From the NCBI RefSeq assembly GCF_009914755.1, contig NC_060929.1: 64,000 nucleotides of DNA; one strand, written 5' to 3'. A program made the translations under genes and the position numbers. This DNA comes from the human T2T-CHM13v2.0 reference genome, Homo sapiens. This document shows positions 52,799 through 64,000 of this stretch, one piece after another (the stretch's first letter is position 1; each line of letters begins with the position of its first letter). The notes beneath the pieces are model-generated. The model worked only from the letters and a program-made list of their open reading frames with translations. It searched no databases and was not told the DNA's origin.

Positions 52799-53701
52799 CT
52801 GAAACTGCTTTTGATTGAATCCTGAAACAGTTTGGCTGTCACTGCTGTGAAATATTCTGCAAAATATTTAGTATTTGCTACAGTAGGCATTGTGAGAATA
52901 TTGAACACTTATTTGAAATACCTTATTTCTGTAATACAAAAATTCCTAATTTCAGGAAAATGGACATTTTAGACCTGCAAGACATCTTATATAACATCCA
53001 GTCTACCCCGCTCCTATTTTAGATGAGACAAACTGAGCCCTAGAGAAGGAAAATAGCATGGGCAATGTTAAAGAGCAGGTTATTGTCAAAGCCAGGACCA
53101 GAATTCAGTTCTTTGACATCCAGTGTTCTTTCCGCTATGTCATGCTTCTAGATTCAGAAACTAATTGAGTTAGATATTTTGTTTAAGAGTTGTGTATTTT
53201 TGTTTGATCAGTGGATAAATTAAGGTTTATAACTGAGACTACATGACAAGCCACACTGTGTGTCTGTAGGTGGAGCATCTGTATACTTTCTGAAATATAC
53301 CACTTTGGGGTATGATAGTATAACCACTAGCCAGAGAGGAGGGTAATTCAGTTATTCACATGTCAGTCATTTGCCCTGTTTTAGGTCACAAAGTTTCTCA
53401 GTGTCAGCATTCTAATGTAAAGTGTCTTGCAAATGTAATAGGTCAGTTAGAACAAAAGACACTTTCAGAAAAAAGCGACTTGAATAAGTGTTACCAGGAG
53501 GCCTTCAGATCAGAGCCATCCCCATCCCCGTGTTAATTTTGAGTTTTGTCTTGGAAGTAACATTCAGGTTTTTACGTAATTTCTTTGAAAACCATTCTGT
53601 ATCTCCATAAGCAGTTATTAGTGATCAGATCATGTCATTAAGCCTTTGGGCCATTAAGATAAAACTAGGGCAACACATATTAATACTGTTTTTCTTTTTA
53701 G

Positions 53702-53738
53702 GACAAGAAAGAAATGGCCATCAATGACTGCAGCAAAG
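53702..53738 (+). CDS. TTC1: TTC1 exon 5 (DKKEMAINDCSK)
   Basis: tttctttttag acceptor, AAG|GTACAG donor, 37 nt; phases fit exons 4 and 6. Confidence 0.95.
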
Positions 53739-53970
53739 GTACAGCTTTATTATCTTATTACATGTTAACATACAGGAGCATTATGTCAGACAGAGGGGCT
53801 TTGGGTCAGGTGTGCACTTGTACATGTGTACCCTTCCTCTGGGGCCTTGCAAGAGGCAACTTTATAATTATTTTCAAAGATACTATATAATAGAGTAACT
53901 GCTTTTGAATGGATAGTTCAATCAGTTTCTCCTCTACTGGTAAATACATGAAGAAAAATTCAGTGCTCTA

Positions 53971-54175
53971 GCCTGGGCAACATGACAAAACCCTGTCTGT
54001 ACCAAAAATACGAAAGTTAGGCATATGTGGTGGCATGCCCCTGTAGTCCCAGCTACTCGGGAGGCTGAAGTGGATCACCTGAGCCCAGGAGGTTGGGGCT
54101 GTGGTGAGCCGTGATTATGCCACTTACTCCAGCCTGGGTAACAGAGTGACCCTGTCTCCAAAAGAAAAAAGAAAA
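53971..54175 (+). mobile_element. 5'-truncated AluJ
   Basis: Starts at 'gcctgggcaacatg'; TSD-like ttcagtgctct. Confidence 0.85.
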
Positions 54176-54803
54176 CTTCAGTGCTCTCTTGGCAACAGAA
54201 CTCATGGAATAGAATTTACCTCCTGTAGTCTCTGAATTACATTCTGTTGAGATTCAAAGTGAAGATCATAGCTGCTATTAGAGCATTTGGATCTGTGTGT
54301 TTTGAGAAGGGGGACAACTGTGATGAGGGACAGTTTCTGTTGGTGAATTGATAGTCTTTTCAAGTGTCATAATTCTTCCAAACCTACTTCACATCATTTT
54401 TTTTTAACCCTTTCAGATTCTACACAATGAATCAAGCCTTTGCTATATGATATCTAAGTTCTATTAAGGTCTTATCACCCCACTAACTTTTATAGGGACA
54501 CCTCAGACATAGGGTCACTACAGTTTTTTTGTGTTTTGGGGTTGTTTTGTTTTGTTTTTCAAAAATTGCCTGATAGGCCAGACAGGTGCCTTGCCTTTCT
54601 CACCAACTTCATGTGAAGAATGTACATAATCACTTTTTCTTGCGGCTTAGTCTCAGAAGTTTTTCTAGCAAATCACTATTTTTGTGTTTTCTATTTTTTT
54701 AGTTTTTCTTCTTTGGATAATAGTTTCTGGGACAATTATAGAGTGCAAGAGAACCTTATATGTTATCTAGATCCCCTGTCACGCTAAGCATATATTCCCC
54801 TGC

Positions 54804-55436
54804 TGTTACCAAAAAGGGGTCCTGATCCAGACCCCAAGAGAGGATTCCTGGACCTCTCACAGGAAATAATTCAGGGCAAGTCCATAAAGTGAAAAAGCAA
54901 GTTTATTAGAGAAATAAAGAAACAAAAGAATGGCTACTCCATAGGCAGAGCAGCAATGTGGGCTGCTCAGTAAAGTATACTTACAGTTATTTCTCAATTA
55001 TATGCTAAGCAAGGGGTGGATTACTCATGAGATTTCCAAGAATGGGGCAGAGATTTCCCAGAACTGAGGGTCCCTCCCCTTTTTAGAATATATAGGGTAA
55101 CTTCTGAATGTTGCCATGGCATTTGTAAACTATTGTGGTGCTGGTGGGGATGTCTTTTAGCATGTTAATGCATTATAATTTGCATTTAGGGAGCAGTGAG
55201 GATGACCAGAGGTCACTTCCATCGCCATCTTGGCTTTGGTGGGCTTTGGCCAGCCTCTTTACTGCATCCTGTTCTGTCAGCAGGGTCTTTGTGACCTGTA
55301 TCTTGTGCCAACCTCCTGTCTCATCCTGTGACTAAGAATGCCTTAACCTCCTGGGAATGCAGCCCAGTAGGTCTCAGCCTTATTTTACCCAGCCCCTATT
55401 CAAGATGGAGCCACTTTGATTCAGATGCCTCTGACA
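54804..55436 (-). mobile_element. MER41B-like ERV1 solo LTR, full length
   Basis: Minus strand begins TGTCAGAGGCATCTGAATCAAAGTGGCTCCATCTTGAATAGGGGCTGGGTAAAATAAGGCTGAGACCTACTGGGCTGCATTCCCAG and ends ...GGTAACA; 633 bp. Confidence 0.9.
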
Positions 55437-56022
55437 CTCTAATTTTTTATTTAATTAATTTGGTGCCCTCTCTACTGGCTTTCTTTTCTTTATATTTGGT
55501 ATTTCCTTATAGTATCTGAATGAAACTCTTTCTATATTATAATATAGAAGACCACTTCTGATGTGTTACCAAGTTGGACTGGAACTAACTCTGAATGTAC
55601 TGTTTTGTTTGGAAGAAGTTATTTAACCTATTTCCTTTATGTGAGGATGTGTGGGTTTGGGAAGTTTAAATTAGGAACAAGCTGCTGGTTTTCAAAGCTT
55701 CTTTCTCTGTAACCAAATGGTGAAAAAATGCCTTGTAAGCGTGATTAGCATGGTATGTTGTAAGAAATAGTTCATTTCCATATGAAACAGTTTACTTCCA
55801 GCTGCAGCCCGAAGTGTAGGAGCCTTGCCTAGAAAATGAGGGAAAGGAGAAGAAAGTGTTTTCCAACCAAAGTGTTTTCCGCATTTGTTTTTGGATTTGC
55901 TTAAACTAATATTTATGTGGTTAGACATGGTCATTATGGATACATGCATTGTATTCATAGGCAAATTACATTTATATCAATATGGTTTGTTTGTATTGAG
56001 AGCCCCCGACATCCCCCACCCT

Positions 56023-56122
<100 letters not shown>

Positions 56123-56253
56123 CCTCCCCTCTCTCAATCTCTCAATTCATAAACCTTGGCAAAGAACTTAGCTTATTTCTGAGGTCATATTGGAGCTCCA
56201 GGGTTTTCATCCTTGACATAAAGTTTAAGTTCATTCTCACCTCAGTCTCCTAA

Positions 56254-56606
<353 letters not shown>

Positions 56607-56619
56607 TCAAGATTAGGGT

Positions 56620-58625
<2,006 letters not shown>

Positions 58626-58694
58626 AAAGCATGAATTTAAAAATTAAGGATAGATTATGAGAAAAGAAAAAAGTTCTAGAGCCAAGACATTGCT

Positions 58695-59012
58695 TTTTTT
58701 TTTTTTTTTTTTTTTTTTTTGGGACAGAGTATTATCTCTCTGTTGCCCGGGCTGGAGTACAGTGATGCAATCGCCACTCACTGCACGCAACCTCCGCCTC
58801 CTGGGTTCAAGTGATTCTTATGCCTAAACCACCCAAATAGCTGGGATTATAGACCCACACTGCCACGCCCAGCTAATTTTTGTATTTTTAGTAGTGATGG
58901 GGTTTCGCCATGTTGGCTAGGCTGACGGTCTCAAAGTCCTGACCCCAATTGACCTGCCTGCCTCGGCCTCCCAAAGTGCTGGGATTATGGGCCTGAGCCA
59001 CCACACCCGGCC
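58695..59012 (-). mobile_element. AluS
   Basis: Antisense dimer. Confidence 0.9.
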
Positions 59013-59309
59013 AGCACTGCTTTCTAGTAGAAAAAGAAACAACTTGGAAGAAATTAGAAGAAATGCAGTATGTTGAACCAAAACATAGCAAAGGATTATT
59101 AGAAGGGCAGCTGATGCTGGATAAAGGAAAAGATATTATGCATCAACCACCTCATAGTGCTGGAGCAGTAGTTTGAGGGTTGAAGGAACAGTGAGGATTT
59201 AACTAGAAATATAATCTTAGTACTCAAGACCTAGAAAAAAGAGAATGATAGTCTGCCACCAGATTGGTTTCCCTTAACTCTTTAATTTGTATCTTCAAAT
59301 TCTCTCTCA

Positions 59310-59525
<216 letters not shown>

Positions 59526-59617
59526 TCACTCTTTCACTGCGCACTTGAACTCTGTTCTGGCCTGTCCTGGACTGGGCAAATGACAAGTAGGCAAAAACCA
59601 GGACTTGGAGTATAGAC

Positions 59618-59937
59618 CAGGATATGGCAAACTACAGCCACAAGCCAAATCCAGCCTGCCACCTGTTTTTGATAGCCTAAAAGCTAAGAATGGTTTTTAC
59701 AGTTTTAAATCATTGGAAAGCAAAATATTTCATGATAATGTGAAAATTATGTGAACTTAAATTTTAGTGTCCATAAATAGTTTATTGGAACACACCTATC
59801 CTTTTTTGTTTACATATTATCTGTGCCTGCTCTCATGCTACAATAGTATCATTGAGGAGCTGCGACACAGATGGTCTGTCTGACCCACAAAGCCTACAAT
59901 CTTTACTATCTTGCTCTTTATAGAAAAAGTTTTCCAG
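59618..59937. mobile_element. MER58B-like hAT element
   Basis: 'caggatatggcaaactacagcc...aagctaagaatggtttttaca...agaaaaagttt'. Confidence 0.8.
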
Positions 59938-60070
59938 CATCAGGTATACACTTGGCAAATGACTCTTCCTTTCGTATCCTTGGAGGATGATTGATGAAGG
60001 AATCTGATATAGCCAAAGATATGTAGGCCATTTTTCTTTGTGATAAAAATTATTTCTTCTCTTTTTACAG

Positions 60071-60219
60071 CAATTCAATTAAACCCCAGCTATATCAGGG
60101 CAATATTGAGGAGAGCAGAGTTGTATGAGAAGACGGACAAGCTAGATGAAGCCCTGGAAGACTATAAATCTATATTAGAAAAAGATCCATCAATACATCA
60201 AGCAAGAGAAGCTTGTATG
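60071..60219 (+). CDS. TTC1: TTC1 exon 6 (AIQLNPSYIRAILRRAELYEKTDKLDEALEDYKSILEKDPSIHQAREACM; TPR2 end and TPR3)
   Basis: ctttttacag acceptor, ATG|GTAAAA donor, 149 nt. Confidence 0.97.
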
Positions 60220-60351
60220 GTAAAACCTAAAATTTTAAAAATATTTTTCCTTCTATTCTTTGTGTTGCTACCCAGTGAGTCCTAAATAATCCTTTCAGAC
60301 ACAATTAAATTCCATTTCTGTGCTTTTGAGGAGCTTATCAAGATATATGGG

Positions 60352-61113
<762 letters not shown>

Positions 61114-61184
61114 TTAAATTTGTATTGATGCCCTCCTTTAGTGTAGACTTTCTATTAAGAACTGGAAACAGAGCCAAACAAAAC

Positions 61185-61482
61185 TTTTTTTTTTTTTTTT
61201 TTTGAGAAAGGGTCTCTGACTCCCAGGCTGGAGAGCAGTGGCACAGTCATGGCATACTGCACCCTCAACCTCCCAGATTCAAGCAACCCTCCCACCTCAG
61301 CCTCCTGAGTAGCTGCGACTACAGACACATGCCAACACACCCAGCTAATTTTTGTATTTCTTGTAGAGACAGCATTTTGCCATGTTGCCCAAGGTGGTCT
61401 CAAACTCCTGAGCTCAAGCGATCCTCCCAACTCGGCCTCCAAAAGTGCTGGGAATATGGGCAGGAGTCACTGCACCTGGCCC
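61185..61482 (-). mobile_element. AluJb-like
   Basis: Antisense dimer; TSD-like caaaca(a/g)aactttt. Confidence 0.9.
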
Positions 61483-61684
61483 AAACAGAACTTTTGTCTT
61501 TATGTAGCGCACCACAAACATAAATACTTGGGGTTTTTTTTTTTTTATTTAATAGGATCATAGACATACTTAACTTGATCTTATTTCCACATTAGGATTC
61601 TTGTGTTTCTCAAATTCAAAATAAAGGGAAAGGTTTTGGTTTTTTTTTTTTTTTACCAACCCTTGTTTCTCCTCTTTTCCTCAG

Positions 61685-61739
61685 AGATTACCTAAGCAAA
61701 TTGAAGAACGTAATGAAAGACTAAAAGAAGAGATGTTAG
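61685..61739 (+). CDS. TTC1: TTC1 exon 7 (RLPKQIEERNERLKEEML-G); gene continues past the window
   Basis: cttttcctcag acceptor, TAG|GTAAGC donor, 55 nt, in frame. Confidence 0.96.
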
Positions 61740-62782
61740 GTAAGCTTACTTCTTACTTTGCTTGATCATAAACAGCTAGGAACCTAGGGTGGGGACATAG
61801 CGAATACTAGAGGAGAACACATGAGTTAGAAAGTTTCGGACTCTACCACAAGGCTACTGACTTCTGAGTTATTTTGACCCCAGAAGGGGCAGCGTGGCTT
61901 AGAGAGGGTATTGGCTTTTTTTGGAAACCAGATTTCCTTTTTGATTTTCTTGGAAATTTTTCTTGCCTGCAAGAATTTAAGCATAATTCAGTTCCCTGGG
62001 ATTATGCTTAAATGGGATTTAAAATCCTAGGATACCACCAACCTCGATTTCAGATAACAATTACATAAAAACAGTTTAGTTTCTTCATTAAATAATCATT
62101 CCTTGAGGTTCATTAGGATGCAGTCAAGATCATGAGAATTTTTATTTAGAAAATGGCACTCAAAGTCCCTTTAGTGTTTGAGAACACACGAGAGGGCAGG
62201 AATTAGGAGTAAAGAGAAATCAGACTGGGGGTAGGGGTAGGGCAAATGGATTCATTTGATCCATGTTTAGTTATTTCTCATATTTGCCAAAGCATTTTAG
62301 AGTTGGAACCTCCCACGAGCAATCTGCTTAAGTAAGAGGAGTGAGGGTTCCTGAACACAGACTTAAGTCTTTTCCACATGTAACCTGTCTGATATTTCGC
62401 TGGTGAAGATCTGCCATGTATTTTCCTTTTTGAGTATTTTCTAAATCTGTTGTTTGAATTACATTTTATAAACTGCAATCATGTGGCCCTAAAGGAAAAA
62501 TCATTTAAAATAAATTGAGCCTGTCTGGCATTTATGGCCTTCAGACATCAGCATCCAGACAATGGGAACAAATTTCCCAAAGGATCATTCTGATAGCCAA
62601 GTTGATTGAGAGGAGGCCATTAACCTAGACTATCCAGAGACTTTGGCCCCTGCCGGGTAGACTCAGACTGTAAAGACGGCTGCTTCCGATTCAGGATAGC
62701 TCTGGAGCCTTCCCCAGATTTTCCAAAAAAGGGAGGGGGATGGGGGAGCTTTTCCCCTAATTTACATATTTAATTAAACTTG

Positions 62783-63035
62783 GCCAGGCACGGTGGCTCC
62801 TGTAATCCCAGCACTTTAGGAGGCCAAGGTAGGAGGATTGCTTGAGCCCAGGAGTTCAAGGCCAGCCTAGGCAACATGGTGAAACCCCATCTCCACAAAA
62901 AATTAGTCAGGCATGGTGGCATGTGCCTGCCCATAGTCCCAGCTACATGAGCCCAAGGGTTAGAGGCTGCAGTGAGCTATGATGGTGCCACCACACTCCA
63001 GACTGGGCAACAGAGCATGACCCTGTCTCAAAGAA
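62783..63035 (+). mobile_element. AluJ with deletions
   Basis: Shortened dimer. Confidence 0.85.
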
Positions 63036-63088
63036 GAGGGAAAAGAGCATTTTCTCACCTATTTTTACTAACAATGATGCTCTATTTT

Positions 63089-63122
<34 letters not shown>

Positions 63123-63856
63123 GTTTGCATTTAGTATTTGAATTTCTTGCTAAAAAAGATGACCTTGTGAATGGCCATAGTGGATCTGGAAGGCATTGGT
63201 CTCTTAGTCCATTTTTTTAAAGCCAGTCCAGTAAAGGGACTGGTGCAAACTGAATCTTACTGCCTATTGTTAGTTCCAGATGGAATTAAAACTTCCATTT
63301 GTCCTTGTCTTTATAAATTCTAATGCACCAGAATTTTCTGTCTCCAAGGCTTTGGGTTTTTCTTATGTCATTCTCTTCATTTGAAAAAATTCAAATTGAA
63401 TTCATTCCCTCGGTTGCTTCTAAAATGAATTCACCTGCCATTAGACTTAACCAACTTAAGTTGCTTTGTAAATAATATGTGTTGTTACACATGTGTAGTT
63501 TGAATGGCTAGATTCCTTTTTTCCCTTAATGAGTATAAAAATCATGAATAAGATACTGCTCTAGGTGTTACCCCACAATAGATAACCTAGAAGAGAGAAA
63601 TCACTCTTTACATGGAATTTCAGCCCCCACAAGAGCTTTTCTGGTATTCCTTCCTCCTTGTTGCTGATGAGGTAACTTTGGTTCATGTTCTGTGAGATTC
63701 CCTAGAGGCTAGACATTCTGAATGCAAATTAATATCACTTAGAAGTTCTGAGCAAGCTTTTCACAGTGGACTGCATCATCTTTATGCTAGTTCCTGTTAA
63801 AATGATGGCTTCTATGGAGAATAAGCAGTTAAAAATTTTTTAAATTGGGTAGTGTG

Positions 63857-64000
63857 GGCTGGGTGTGGTGGCTCACACCTGTAATCCCAGCAATTTGGGA
63901 GGCTGAGCCCGAGTTCAAGACCAGCCTGGGCAACATGGCAAAATCCTGTCACTAAAAAAATTAGCCAGGTGTGCTGGTGTGCACCTGTAGTCCCAGCTAC
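63857..64000 (+). mobile_element. Alu cut by the window end
   Basis: Alu 5' part with an internal deletion. Confidence 0.85.

Noticed and set aside
63092-63120. Orphan poly(A) run suggesting a retrocopy tail
   Set aside because: No identifiable upstream body or clear TSD; treated as a simple mononucleotide repeat.

Overview
Human (primate) genomic DNA, dense in Alu, L1, L2, LTR and DNA-transposon repeats. About 19.5 kb of repeat-rich upstream sequence is followed by the promoter (~19.5-19.76 kb) and exons 1-7 of TTC1 (tetratricopeptide repeat domain 1) on the + strand. The six coding exons splice in frame (745 nt); the last exon lies beyond the window. Other features are a Y3 RNA retrocopy upstream of the promoter, an antisense ZCCHC17 cDNA fragment in intron 2 and a full-length MER41B-like LTR with two intact GAS motifs in intron 5. 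Most ORFs in the track are Alu/L1 artefacts. I see no new multi-gene system. The most unusual signals are templated rearrangement scars: a 250-bp inverted copy inside an LTR inside an Alu, a tailless cDNA fragment flanked by hairpins and a locally copied 45-mer, and a foldback in a THE1 LTR. There are also candidate regulatory or splicing uses of repeats. Repeat subfamily calls are from memory of consensus sequences, and repeat boundaries are approximate.
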